A DNA stretch of 64,000 bases from a virus (taxonomy: Duplodnaviria; Caudoviricetes), in IMG/VR virus record IMGVR_UViG_3300013901_000007, positions 43,526 to 107,525 of that record, one strand, 5' to 3'. Each line of letters starts with the position of its first letter. Position 1 is the first letter of the stretch. The notes below the pieces were generated by a model, which saw only the letters and a program-made list of their open reading frames with translations, did no database searches and had not been told where the DNA came from. This document shows positions 43,263-53,459 of the stretch, one piece after another. The position numbers were made by a program, and so were the translations under genes.

Positions 43263-44468
43263 CTATTCTATAGTCCTCATGACTAATTCAAAATTAGCCA
43301 TTATGTCCTCTCCAGTTGGGGAAGTATCGGCCAAGACCAAGAATTTCACTTTTAAGTTGCCACCCAAATAAATTCGAGTGCGTTTTAAATAAAAAATATC
43401 TCCTTCTTTTCTTAATTTAACATATGGATTATCCAAAATATTAAATGGTTTAGGAGCATTCCAATTTTCTAATTGACATTGAATTTCAAACACTATATCT
43501 TCCTGAATCTCACCATAAGAATCTTTTAATACAGGTTTAAAACCTATTTCTTGACTTAATAAGTCAGTTGGTAATTCTTTTGGTTCTTCAAAATCAATAT
43601 AATATTCTTGATTTTCAACATTATTTGCTTCGATATGAACCACTGGTTCATTTTCATAAGCTATTCTATTAATAAAATCATCATAGGCTGATTTTTCTGT
43701 TATTTCCAAATAGAGTTGTATTAAACCAACATCAAAAGGATTATTTGTAGAATTAGAATAAAATTTATTAATAGCTTTAATTCTATAAACTGCATCATAA
43801 CCAATAATAAAACGTTGATTAACTTGATACTCTGCTGTATATTTATTATGTTGACAAGTAATTAACAAACCAGCCTGTGGTGAAACCGCAATCTGATTGT
43901 AGTTAAATGTTGTCGCTGTTAAATCACGTCCCTGAATTACAGGTTCATAATGATAATGTCCAACACCTTGTTCGTCTAAATATACGCTTCCTAATGTTCC
44001 ATTACATCTTTCAATAACAATACTACTTGTAGAAGACACATTATCTTTATTTGTAGTTAACCAAGTATTTTTCATACATGATCCAGAACAATTAGAATAA
44101 TCTGGAGCAAATCGCCATTTTTGTCCAATTGCAAAACGCGATTCTCTAATATCTTTAAAGACTAAACGTCTACAATCTTCAGCAATTGCTTTCCCTTTAT
44201 CTGTTTTTACTGTTTGAACTACAACTTCTAAAGGATGATAATTTAATATAGGATATTTAGGACCGTTCCAATATTCTGGAGTATTCCATCCTATTTCAAA
44301 TTCCACTAAGATTCTGTTTGGACGATATTTCCATTCATAATCTACTTTTTGTTGTAATCCTTTTATATAAAAATTATCCTTATCGTAATTACGTGGTGTT
44401 TGTGATAGCAATTCAAGAGCACTATCAACAGGAGTATTACTTATGTCGAACACTTTATTTGCCATCAT
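43263..44468 (-). CDS. Head-closure protein, putative
   Basis: RCN...NQRFII motifs; position. Confidence 0.5.
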   Translation of the reverse strand: MMANKVFDISNTPVDSALELLSQTPRNYDKDNFYIKGLQQKVDYEWKYRPNRILVEFEIGWNTPEYWNGPKYPILNYHPLEVVVQTVKTDKGKAIAEDCRRLVFKDIRESRFAIGQKWRFAPDYSNCSGSCMKNTWLTTNKDNVSSTSSIVIERCNGTLGSVYLDEQGVGHYHYEPVIQGRDLTATTFNYNQIAVSPQAGLLITCQHNKYTAEYQVNQRFIIGYDAVYRIKAINKFYSNSTNNPFDVGLIQLYLEITEKSAYDDFINRIAYENEPVVHIEANNVENQEYYIDFEEPKELPTDLLSQEIGFKPVLKDSYGEIQEDIVFEIQCQLENWNAPKPFNILDNPYVKLRKEGDIFYLKRTRIYLGGNLKVKFLVLADTSPTGEDIMANFELVMRTIE

Positions 44469-44480
44469 ACTTCCCCCTTA

Positions 44481-44894
44481 TTACTTGGATTTTAATTCTT
44501 CTGTGGTTTTCTTAATTAAATGATCAAGAATTCCCCTTGACTCCATAATTTGTCTCTTAATTTGAGCATGGGTCATTGTTTTATATTTTTCATCTTGATA
44601 CAAGCCATGAATCTTAACTACTACTTTTGTTAATTGATTATGACATAATGAATTAGATGAAGCAAGTTCATGCATAAAACTAAAAAACCATAAAGAGATA
44701 TCATTTTTACCCTCTTTTTCGCTTTCAATCATATACAAGAGTTTCACAACTTGTGATTTAATATCTTTAAAACATTCAAGTTCGCCTTCTTTAGATAAAA
44801 AATTATCTTCGTCGGGAGAATAAAGGAAATCTTGATTTTGTTCAGTACCATCAGTTCCTTCAAACTGTGCTGTCTTTTTATTATCTTTTTCCAA
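44481..44894 (-). CDS. Hypothetical structural-module protein
   Basis: RBS; in operon. Confidence 0.6.
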   Translation of the reverse strand: MEKDNKKTAQFEGTDGTEQNQDFLYSPDEDNFLSKEGELECFKDIKSQVVKLLYMIESEKEGKNDISLWFFSFMHELASSNSLCHNQLTKVVVKIHGLYQDEKYKTMTHAQIKRQIMESRGILDHLIKKTTEELKSK

Positions 44895-45582
44895 AACGAG
44901 ACCCTCCCCTTGGGGTTGAACCTAATGTCCAATTTAATTCTGAAATTAACGTATCTAAATCTCTATGAATTTGATTGTGCCACTCAGTCTTTGCTCTCGC
45001 CGAATTCGCTGGACTGTAGAAGGTAAAATCTGCATCTGATAAATTATTTCTAAATTCAATTGCTCTATTCATTTCGTTATCACCCCATGCAGCTAAAACT
45101 GCATAAGCTAAAATATTTTTAACTTTTTCAAGGATAGCACGATTAGATAAGGCTAAATTTGAACCAAATAAATTATTGAAATCATCTTCAAAAGCACCAG
45201 CATAGTACCAAACAACAGTAAGTTTTTCAGTAGAAAGAATTGGTCGTTCAAGAACTACACAATTTGTCTCTCTATCATAAGAACCTCTCAAAAACTCGCC
45301 TTCACATTGAAATGTAAAAGCAGAGTTTTCTACTGGATTTGATACTAAAGCATAAGTATCTGTATTGTCACCATCTATAATTTCCATTTTCCCAACAGGG
45401 TCAGAATAGACAGCTAATCTATCAGTTATTTCAGTTGGATTCACAAACTTATTTAAGCCATTTATTAAAAATGGTCTCATATCTTGTTGGAATCCCGCAG
45501 GATTTTTCATGTAATTATATCGAATATCTGGGTCATCAAATAAATTGACTGCTCGTTCGAAAATTTCGCTAAATAAAATCAT
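44881..45582 (-). CDS. Head-tail adaptor, putative (start MILFSEIF)
   Basis: FSEIF...DFTFYSPAN motif; AAGGAGGG RBS. Confidence 0.6.
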   Translation of the reverse strand: MILFSEIFERAVNLFDDPDIRYNYMKNPAGFQQDMRPFLINGLNKFVNPTEITDRLAVYSDPVGKMEIIDGDNTDTYALVSNPVENSAFTFQCEGEFLRGSYDRETNCVVLERPILSTEKLTVVWYYAGAFEDDFNNLFGSNLALSNRAILEKVKNILAYAVLAAWGDNEMNRAIEFRNNLSDADFTFYSPANSARAKTEWHNQIHRDLDTLISELNWTLGSTPRGGSRFGKR

Positions 45583-45620
45583 TTGATGCCCTCCTTCGTA
45601 AAAAATCACATCAATATCTT

Positions 45621-45765
45621 TTGACGTTCCCAGAATATTTAAATTCGGGGATTCTTGCTTCTACGACCTCGTTACCTACTATCTCCGCAAGCATATATCT
45701 TCGGGTTCGCCCAACCCTATAGTTGGCTAACATCCCGTGAACCTAAAGGTTTAGAGTTTTACCAA
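45621..45765 (-). mobile_element. 145-nt non-autonomous IS200/IS605 mini-element (PATE-like) with TnpB omega-RNA
   Basis: Target TTAG, then left-end hairpin preceded by AAAC. Scaffold GGGTTGGGCGAACCCGAA...GCTTGCGGAG...GAAGCAA. Right end GAAT + hairpin + TCAA. Confidence 0.78.
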
Positions 45766-45770
45766 CTAAA

Positions 45771-46433
45771 TTATAAAATTTCAATAGGTCTGTATTTGTA
45801 ATCATTTCTAAGTTCATCAATCTCTCTAGTGAATCCTTCACCAGTAAGACGATTTAAAGTATCAATTCTCTCACGGTTTCTATAACCAGGGGCATTTTCT
45901 ATAAACTTACGTTTAAAATACCCAACGATACCTTGTTTTTGAGCATGATCAACCGAATTCCATAATTTTTCAATTTCTTCACTTGACATGCTTCCTAATT
46001 TTTCAAGTTGTTGAGCAGATAATGAGAGTTCACCAAAAGTGCGAACACCTTTTTCTGCTGCAACTTTGTAATCTTTATCAGCAACTGCTAAAATACCTTG
46101 GTCAAACCAATGTCTATATTTACCGATGACAGCATCAAGTTGTGAACGGCTTAAAACAAATGATTCACCATATTTAGTACAATGTAATGATAATCCTGCA
46201 CCTTCAACAAAAATATAACCTGGACTAACTGATGCATATACTAATGTAACATCTGTGTTAGTAGTGTTGTTATAAACTGGTTGTGGATTATAACCAGATT
46301 GATTAGTAAGAGTTGTGATTGCACTTTCGGCTTTTGCTAAAAGGGCTTCGAGTGAAGCAATTTTTGCTTCTAACTCAGCTGTTTTACTTACAGTACCTTT
46401 TGATTGTACTGAGTTATTTTTTACTTCTGACAT
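45771..46433 (-). CDS. Capsid-adjacent hypothetical protein (start MSEVK)
   Basis: AAGGAG RBS; follows the major capsid gene. Confidence 0.65.
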   Translation of the reverse strand: MSEVKNNSVQSKGTVSKTAELEAKIASLEALLAKAESAITTLTNQSGYNPQPVYNNTTNTDVTLVYASVSPGYIFVEGAGLSLHCTKYGESFVLSRSQLDAVIGKYRHWFDQGILAVADKDYKVAAEKGVRTFGELSLSAQQLEKLGSMSSEEIEKLWNSVDHAQKQGIVGYFKRKFIENAPGYRNRERIDTLNRLTGEGFTREIDELRNDYKYRPIEIL

Positions 46434-46463
46434 AACTAAATAAAATCTCCTTTTACTTCTGTG

Positions 46464-46488
46464 TTCGGTGGGGACTCGCCCCACCGAA
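46464..46488 (-). terminator. GC-rich hairpin after the major capsid gene
   Basis: TTCGGTGGGG/CCCCACCGAA; no clear U tract. Confidence 0.5.
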
Positions 46489-46512
46489 GTAATTATTGTT
46501 CTAGTTTAAAAA

Positions 46513-47286
46513 CTAAAGGTTAATAACACCGTATTTACTACCACAGACAGCTGAGACACCAAATCTGTATTCAACAGAAATTCCATATCTCTTGTCTGAT
46601 GTATGTTCTGGATCGAAATTGACTGCAACTTCGTTTCCTTCGAATACGATTTTAACTGGTCTGTCACCTGCGACTGGAACTAAATAAATTTTCTTATTGT
46701 CAAGAGCTAATTTAACATCACCGTTGACTGTTCCTGGAATTACAGGATTATTTAAAGCCATTAAAGGTACGCCTAAATATTGGTCTAAATAACCAACTTT
46801 ATTCATTTCTTCGCCAATTTCAACTTGATAGTTTCCTTGTAAAGAAAGGTTGCTTAAAGCAACTGCTGTGCCAATAGCAATAACTCCCATACCACCATTT
46901 GCTGCAGAGACTTTTTCTCTTAAGTCACCAAATAATTCTGGAGTGACACCGTTTGCCGAATAAGCGTTGCCAAATTCTGTGACAGCTTTTGCCATTCCTT
47001 TAATTGCACTTGTGAAAATGAATGCTCTATATGATAAAGCAATCTTTAATCCAAAGTTACCAATATCAAAAATTTTAGAAATAAAAGGATACCAGTCAAC
47101 ATGTGCGTCAATGGTATATGCATGAGCATTAACAGTAATTTCGTTGTCAAACATTGGTTGATCAACACCTTTTCTAACGCCTTCTGCCTTTTGGTTAACT
47201 CTGAAAAGTTCGTTTGATTCAATAATGAATCTAGCTGTATCACCGTAGCCCACTTGTTTGACTTCAGCGATAAATCTTGTAAAAGT
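46513..47286 (-). CDS. Major capsid protein, exon 2
   Basis: Spliced junction PEVVND|TFTRFIAEVKQVGYGDT; SPbeta-like MCP features. Confidence 0.82.
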   Translation of the reverse strand, partial: TFTRFIAEVKQVGYGDTARFIIESNELFRVNQKAEGVRKGVDQPMFDNEITVNAHAYTIDAHVDWYPFISKIFDIGNFGLKIALSYRAFIFTSAIKGMAKAVTEFGNAYSANGVTPELFGDLREKVSAANGGMGVIAIGTAVALSNLSLQGNYQVEIGEEMNKVGYLDQYLGVPLMALNNPVIPGTVNGDVKLALDNKKIYLVPVAGDRPVKIVFEGNEVAVNFDPEHTSDKRYGISVEYRFGVSAVCGSKYGVINL

Positions 47287-49625
47287 CTGAATTAAATATT
47301 AATTAAATTGATCCTTATATATATTAGGTCTTATATAGTTATAAGACCTTATTGAACTGTATATAACCATGTCTTTGTACCGCAATCACAAAGACGATGA
47401 TATCCTAAAGAATGCATTCTTTCAACCTCACCCGACTCTTGTTCTTGATAACGAGTTCTAATGTCTGTGGTTTGAAAATTAATCCAAACATAATTAGGTT
47501 GATTAATTGAAACGCATTGAAAACCCAAAATTCGATATAAATCTCCTTTTGTTTTTGTTATATCATTATATGAAGAAATAGTATTACCAGGTTGTAAAGT
47601 TTCTACAAAATGTTTAAATAATTTTGAAGCACCACCTTGTACCACACACCCATGTTGATTACAAAATCTAGACAATTCCCACGTATATTTCTTATTCTTT
47701 GGATGTATGAAAGTCATACAACTAACAATTTGACCTTGATATTCTAATCCATATTGAATTGTAGAATGGTCATTGCCTTGAATATGATTTTCATTAAGAA
47801 ATTTCTTTTTTTGCGCCTTGGTAAGTGTCACAATTTTACATTTTCTAGCTGGAATCTTAATATTATTTTTTATCAATAAAGTTTTTATTCTATTCTTAAT
47901 GCTTGTTTGAACAATATTATTATTCCATTCATATTCAAATATATGAAATAAGAATACACCTTTAGATTCTGCTAATAACGATTTGTTTTGATGTGTCAAA
48001 CTACGACCATTGTGATCTTGATATTCTTTTTTTATATCACTATGCCAATAGTCCCCATTAAACTCGATACCTAGTTTATAGTCTGGTAAATAAATGTCAA
48101 TTTCCTTACCATTTAATATGGTTCTATCGTTAGTTTGAATATTTTCAACACCACATTCTTTAAGAAAATTAATAATATCATTTTCATAATGAGAACGCAA
48201 TGAATGGAAATTTATAAAGTCGTCTAAATTCCAACTATGTATTTTATCATACACCACAGTTCTATCTCTAAGATTAAAGAATTCTTGTAGATCATAGACT
48301 GTAGGTTTAGAATATAATGAAGATAAATACTTGGTAAATAATTCTTTATTATTCCAAATATTTAAATGTTTTATATCTTGTTGCATATGATTGGGAGCAC
48401 CATATTTATTTAAATTAGTTTGTAGAGTCTTTTGTTTATATTCTTCTGTTTGGGAATAATTTTCCACATCATATTTATTCAGCATGGTTTGTTTTACTTT
48501 ATCCTTTATATCTTGGTGCTGCATTGAATTAGAAACACCATATTTATCTAAACAAGTTTGCACACTTTTTGCTTTAACCTCTTCTAACTCTAATGTGGAT
48601 TTAACTCCATATTTTTTAAATGTATTATCTCTGATAATTTCATAACGTTGTTGAGAATTTTTAGCAATGTGATAATGTTTATTTATTTTATTTAATAAAG
48701 GATATGTAATATTTAATAATTTACACATTTCTTCAACAGATAAATTTTTATTAAGATATTGTTCTTTCAACCAAGCAACAGTATAATTTTCTCCATATAC
48801 TGAAAAAGTAGTCTCATCTACAATGTGAATAGGACTTAAACTTGCAGTTTTGGTAGATGCACCATATTTTATTATATTGGTATTTTTAACACGTTCTCTT
48901 AATTCTTCTGAATTTTGAGCCCTAGAATAGACTTTACTTTTATCTTCCTTAGATCTCTTAATGCCATAAGACTTTAAATAACGATTAAATGTGGTTTTTG
49001 AAATATTAAAATGTTCTTCACACTCTTTAACAGTATGAAGTTCATTAATGTAATATTCAATAATATCTTCTTTTGCGATGTTTATTCTTTTACTCATCTT
49101 TTTCCTCCTATAATGCCTTCATACTTTGTGTTAAATTTATTATAAAAAAGAAATATGAAAAAGTAAAGTATTTTTAATATATATAAAGATCAATTTTTTG
49201 TTTAATTAATATTTAATATAATTCATATGAGTTCGTTATTCTCATACAGTTTTTTAATAAACTTCTTATACTTTCATATAAGCATAGACTATATTATATC
49301 CTTTCGTATTATTACGTTAAGGCCCGTCTCTTTCGAGGCACTTACCTCTACTCCCCTCATGAGGGATAGTCGTTGAACCTTCTCTTTCGAGCTTGGCTGC
49401 TGATTCTCTATTTTGCAAGATAGTGTTTAGGATTTAACCATGCACCATTCATATAATTTTTTCTACTTTCGTAACATTCACACCTAATTCTTTACTAGAA
49501 TTTATGTTGTAGTTTATATGACTTTAAGAATTTCCAGCAATTAAAACGGTATTGGGTGATGTAACTACTTCACCACTATATACACATTTCTGTATATACC
49601 GACTCTTCGGTTTTTACACCAGTTA
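47287..49625 (-). mobile_element. Group I intron (2339 nt) in the major capsid gene, carrying a homing endonuclease
   Basis: Exon CGAU pairs with IGS GUCG. UUGCUGGAAA, AAUCAGCAG, CGACUA, AUAGUC core; ends UCAG. Removal restores the frame. Confidence 0.9.
47349..49097 (-). CDS. Intron-encoded Hef/Vsr-like homing endonuclease
   Basis: KYG repeats, EIDIY...GIEFNGDYWHS; paralogous to 38454-40136. Confidence 0.85.
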   Translation of the reverse strand: MSKRINIAKEDIIEYYINELHTVKECEEHFNISKTTFNRYLKSYGIKRSKEDKSKVYSRAQNSEELRERVKNTNIIKYGASTKTASLSPIHIVDETTFSVYGENYTVAWLKEQYLNKNLSVEEMCKLLNITYPLLNKINKHYHIAKNSQQRYEIIRDNTFKKYGVKSTLELEEVKAKSVQTCLDKYGVSNSMQHQDIKDKVKQTMLNKYDVENYSQTEEYKQKTLQTNLNKYGAPNHMQQDIKHLNIWNNKELFTKYLSSLYSKPTVYDLQEFFNLRDRTVVYDKIHSWNLDDFINFHSLRSHYENDIINFLKECGVENIQTNDRTILNGKEIDIYLPDYKLGIEFNGDYWHSDIKKEYQDHNGRSLTHQNKSLLAESKGVFLFHIFEYEWNNNIVQTSIKNRIKTLLIKNNIKIPARKCKIVTLTKAQKKKFLNENHIQGNDHSTIQYGLEYQGQIVSCMTFIHPKNKKYTWELSRFCNQHGCVVQGGASKLFKHFVETLQPGNTISSYNDITKTKGDLYRILGFQCVSINQPNYVWINFQTTDIRTRYQEQESGEVERMHSLGYHRLCDCGTKTWLYTVQ

Positions 49626-49937
49626 ATCGTTAACAACTTCAGGAACGATTGCTGTGACGATTTGAGCAATGATTGCGTTGAAGTTTTCTCTTACAACAGT
49701 ATTATTTTTAACCATTGGTCTGCTGTATATTGATAAGCCTGCTGTTTCAAATTCTGATTCATAATTTGTTCCAGTTAAAGCGTATTTTCCAATGTTTTCA
49801 CATAAAAGTGCATTCTTTTCTGCATAATCTGCACTCTTTTTGTTTTCATAAGTTTCTCTAGCTAAAGCGAGAGCTGCGTCAACAATATCATTTTTAGTGA
49901 CATCTGCTGAACGATCATAATTAAAATATTTCATCAT
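49626..49937 (-). CDS. Major capsid protein, exon 1 (spliced about 361 aa)
   Basis: GGAGG RBS; follows the decoration gene; joins exon 2 in frame. Confidence 0.82.
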
Positions 49938-49951
49938 ACTTCACTCTCCTC

Positions 49952-50488
49952 CTATGCTAATTTAATAACTTCGCAAAGATACATTTCTTTATCTGCAGAC
50001 ATACCTGCTGTAAAGCCTCGTTTTGCGATAATTTTAACAGTGTAACCTTCAGCTGTTGCATCATCTGCTGGTGTGTGTTTACCACTTGAAGCAGTAGCAA
50101 TAGCATATTTACCAACAGTTGGTTGTGCAGCAAAGTTATCTTCACCTAACCAGAATTTATCATGTAAAGCAAGTCTACGAATTCTCATAGGTTCACCAAC
50201 TGGTACTGCTAAATCGTGTAATTTGACACCTAATTTATAATTATTGCCACTAATTAATCCTTCACTGATTCCTGCATAATCAACGATACAGATTTCATCT
50301 GTAGTTGGAGCTGCAGGATAATCAGCTTTATACATATCGTATTCTTCGTTTCCGTAAATTTCGTCTTTAACAACGTCACCAAGAACTACGAGATCGCCAT
50401 CATTAATAACTTTTTCTGCCTTAGCATTAGTTAACATACTATCTAAGACATTCGAAGCCATTTTACCTGATTTAAATAAAAAAGCCAT
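49952..50488 (-). CDS. Capsid decoration/stabilising protein
   Basis: INDGDLVVLG...RIRRL motifs; lies between scaffold and MCP. Confidence 0.6.
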   Translation of the reverse strand: MAFLFKSGKMASNVLDSMLTNAKAEKVINDGDLVVLGDVVKDEIYGNEEYDMYKADYPAAPTTDEICIVDYAGISEGLISGNNYKLGVKLHDLAVPVGEPMRIRRLALHDKFWLGEDNFAAQPTVGKYAIATASSGKHTPADDATAEGYTVKIIAKRGFTAGMSADKEMYLCEVIKLA

Positions 50489-50539
50489 ACTCTTGTCTCC
50501 TTAATTTAATATTAAATTCTATGTATTACAACCCTATCA

Positions 50540-52105
50540 CTATTTTGAATGAACATTATCATTCAACCTGTCCCAAAATGATTTTTTCTTTGATGACGTT
50601 TCGGCTTCATCATCATATGAACTAAACACTTTAGGTTCTATAACAGGCATCTTAGTGCTGGTGTTGTCAATAATTTTGTCTTTTGAAGTTAAACTATAAA
50701 CTGCAAAAGCGACATCTTTCTTTAAAGTATCGACGTCTTGATACTTTCCTTCTTTACAAGAAGCATAATAAGATAATTTTTCTTCGTCAGTTAACACTGA
50801 TTTATAAATTACACTATAAGCCTCATGTAAGAATTCTTCGTGTTGATATTTACTTAATAATTTTTCTTGTTCTTCACAGGTTTTTTGATATTCAGCAATC
50901 TTGGCTTCATATTCAGAACATTTACAATTAAGTTGTTCTTCTAATTTAGCACATTTTGTTTTGTAAATATCACACTCATTCTTTAATAATTCTATATCAC
51001 GTTCACAACCATGTTCTTCACAATGTTCGGGTTGAGATTCTTCAATCTTTTCCTCTTCATGTTTATCTTCATCTTTTTCTTCCTCAGAATCTTTGTCTTC
51101 TTCGTCATGATTATCCTCGTCTTCTTTATCATCGTCGTGGTCATTATCTTCGTCATCAGACTTGTCTTCCTCTGAATCTTCTTTGTGTTCTTCTGGTTCT
51201 GAATCATGTTCTTCTTTATGTTCTTCTTCAAAAGATTCTTTTGAAGTTTCTTCGTCTTTCTTTTCTTCTAAAATTGGTTTCTCTTCGCAAACACACTCTT
51301 CTTTCATTTCAAGTTTATCTGCTGCGTTTTCATCTACAATTTCAGGATCGACTTTTATTTCTTCAGAAAGTTCCGTTTCCTTTTTCTCCACTGAGTCTTC
51401 CTCCTTAATTTCAGAATTATCTAATTTAGCATATGCTAAATGTAATTCCGTTGTTTGTTTGGCATAAGCATCAGTTCCTAAAACTTCCATAACTGAAAGT
51501 TCAGCGCCTTCTATGCCAGGTAAGACTTTTTTTCCGTTTTGACTACCTAAAATTGTAATTCCAACTAAATTAAATTTATTAATTTTCATTACCCCATTAG
51601 GTAACATATCATAGTCTAAAACATCAACTTCAACGGACACAGCTTTAGTTGGCCCGCCGAATTTTTGACTGCGTTTTGCGTCTTTTAAAAGTCTTTTTAC
51701 TTGTTTATATGAATATTGAGTCCATAAAGCACAAGTTAAATTAATCCAACTAATACCAGCCTCATCTTGAACTATTTCAACGGTGTCTTCTGAACGAATT
51801 AATCCTAAAATTCTTTCGCCTTTAGAACCCAAAGTATCCCAATATTGTAATCCTAATTCCTTGTCACTATTCCACGTACCATTGTGACTCACAAAATCAC
51901 CGTTTTCAAAATAACCTAAAATAGGTTTATTATAAAAACTTGGAATTGCTTCCTCAAGTGATTCAGGAGTAAACCAAGTGTTATTAGCGTTAGGATTGGC
52001 GCTACTAACTGCACGCATGGATAATTCTAAAAATTCTTTCTTTAAGATTGACTTAATTGACATTTTATTAGCGTCAACACTAAAAAACATTTTTTTACTG
52101 TCCAT
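50540..52105 (-). CDS. Prohead protease/scaffold
   Basis: N.N.T.F...NKPILGY...H, SVEV, ITILG; acidic and coiled-coil C-terminus. Confidence 0.75.
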   Translation of the reverse strand: MDSKKMFFSVDANKMSIKSILKKEFLELSMRAVSSANPNANNTWFTPESLEEAIPSFYNKPILGYFENGDFVSHNGTWNSDKELGLQYWDTLGSKGERILGLIRSEDTVEIVQDEAGISWINLTCALWTQYSYKQVKRLLKDAKRSQKFGGPTKAVSVEVDVLDYDMLPNGVMKINKFNLVGITILGSQNGKKVLPGIEGAELSVMEVLGTDAYAKQTTELHLAYAKLDNSEIKEEDSVEKKETELSEEIKVDPEIVDENAADKLEMKEECVCEEKPILEEKKDEETSKESFEEEHKEEHDSEPEEHKEDSEEDKSDDEDNDHDDDKEDEDNHDEEDKDSEEEKDEDKHEEEKIEESQPEHCEEHGCERDIELLKNECDIYKTKCAKLEEQLNCKCSEYEAKIAEYQKTCEEQEKLLSKYQHEEFLHEAYSVIYKSVLTDEEKLSYYASCKEGKYQDVDTLKKDVAFAVYSLTSKDKIIDNTSTKMPVIEPKVFSSYDDEAETSSKKKSFWDRLNDNVHSK

Positions 52106-52107
52106 CT

Positions 52108-52926
52108 TTACTTGCCCTCCTCTTTTGATTTACGAAATTCTTCATCAGCCGAACTCACTTGTAAGATTCCATCGATTTTATCAGCACTTCTAGATACTTC
52201 TATACGAACTTTTTTCCAATCTTCGTCGGTCCATCCAGATGGTGGGGTGATGTATTCGTTTATTAAAAATCCTAATAATATATTACTTTCATCACTTTTA
52301 TAAACACCTTGAGCAACAAAACAACTAACATCGCGTTCACTAAAGAATTGATATAATGCAACATCGTCGTATAATATATTAATATTTTTCACGACAACAC
52401 CACTTCTATTCTCTTTTAATAATTGAGAAAGACCTTTATAAACAGTTGCAGGATAATTTTGCATTTTATCATGTAAAGATGCTAAATTACGATCCCACGC
52501 TTCATCAATTAAACTAAACTTGTAAAAGTTTACATTATTTAAAGAATGTGTGCCGTTATGATACATACAAAAAAACGTCCTCGAAGACATAGTTTTTGTG
52601 TGAATTTCTTGAATTTCTTTTGATAAAAAGCTTTGAAATTGGTCATTTTTACGATCTTCTTCAATTGTATAAACATGTGCACCAGATTTTTTTACTTCTT
52701 TTCTGATACTGTCTAACATTTGTTGAAATTGTTCTTGTGTCCTTTTTTGTAAAGCTTCCTCCCTTTTGCTTACGTCCTCGTTACGTTGTTCAATTTCCGC
52801 ACTGTGTAATCTAAATGTCTTAACAATAAGCCATAAAGCTACTCCAATTGCAACCAAGACGACGCCGCTGATACCCAGCTCTGCCCATTGTCCGATAGTC
52901 ATATCGGCTAGTACCTTTAACGTCAT
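52108..52926 (-). CDS. Membrane-anchored protein with a GAF-like domain
   Basis: N-terminal TM; YHNG...F.KFS...LLGFL pattern. Confidence 0.5.
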   Translation of the reverse strand: MTLKVLADMTIGQWAELGISGVVLVAIGVALWLIVKTFRLHSAEIEQRNEDVSKREEALQKRTQEQFQQMLDSIRKEVKKSGAHVYTIEEDRKNDQFQSFLSKEIQEIHTKTMSSRTFFCMYHNGTHSLNNVNFYKFSLIDEAWDRNLASLHDKMQNYPATVYKGLSQLLKENRSGVVVKNINILYDDVALYQFFSERDVSCFVAQGVYKSDESNILLGFLINEYITPPSGWTDEDWKKVRIEVSRSADKIDGILQVSSADEEFRKSKEEGK

Positions 52927-52947
52927 TGTTGGATCACTCCAAAAATT

Positions 52948-53445
52948 TTAGTCTAAGTAGTGGGTGTAGTCTTTAATGTGAATATTAAAAGAATTTATAT
53001 CTATTTTTTCACAGATTTCAAACCATTCTATAGATTGCTTAAATAATGGTAAAATATCTTCTTCTAGAAATTCTTCTAACCAAATACAGACCTCGGTATC
53101 ATCTTTATAATCCGCAACCTCAATAGTCGACTTAACACCATCTCTTAATTTAGAAAAATACTCCACTAATTGTTTAAAAATAGAAAGTGCATCATTATAT
53201 TCTTCTACACAATCAGAAAGGCCTAATCTAATAGGTTTAGCCCCTAATTTAAACATCAACTCTGTTACATCATCAGCTAAATCTGGCAATTTATGTGCAA
53301 CAGGTTTATGGATAGCATCTGCCAAATTATCATAATACATATTTTTTAAATTATAATACATATTATCGATAATAGCATTTCCTAAAAATAAGTTTTGGAG
53401 TAAGTGATTTAAGGCTAATTCTGTTTCTTGTGTTATTAGCTTCAT
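52948..53445 (-). CDS. Ferritin-like four-helix protein, putative
   Basis: LNHLL...H...ADDVTELM.KLG.P...D...WLEEFL pattern. Confidence 0.5.
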   Translation of the reverse strand: MKLITQETELALNHLLQNLFLGNAIIDNMYYNLKNMYYDNLADAIHKPVAHKLPDLADDVTELMFKLGAKPIRLGLSDCVEEYNDALSIFKQLVEYFSKLRDGVKSTIEVADYKDDTEVCIWLEEFLEEDILPLFKQSIEWFEICEKIDINSFNIHIKDYTHYLD

Positions 53446-53459
53446 ATCTTCTTCCCCTT

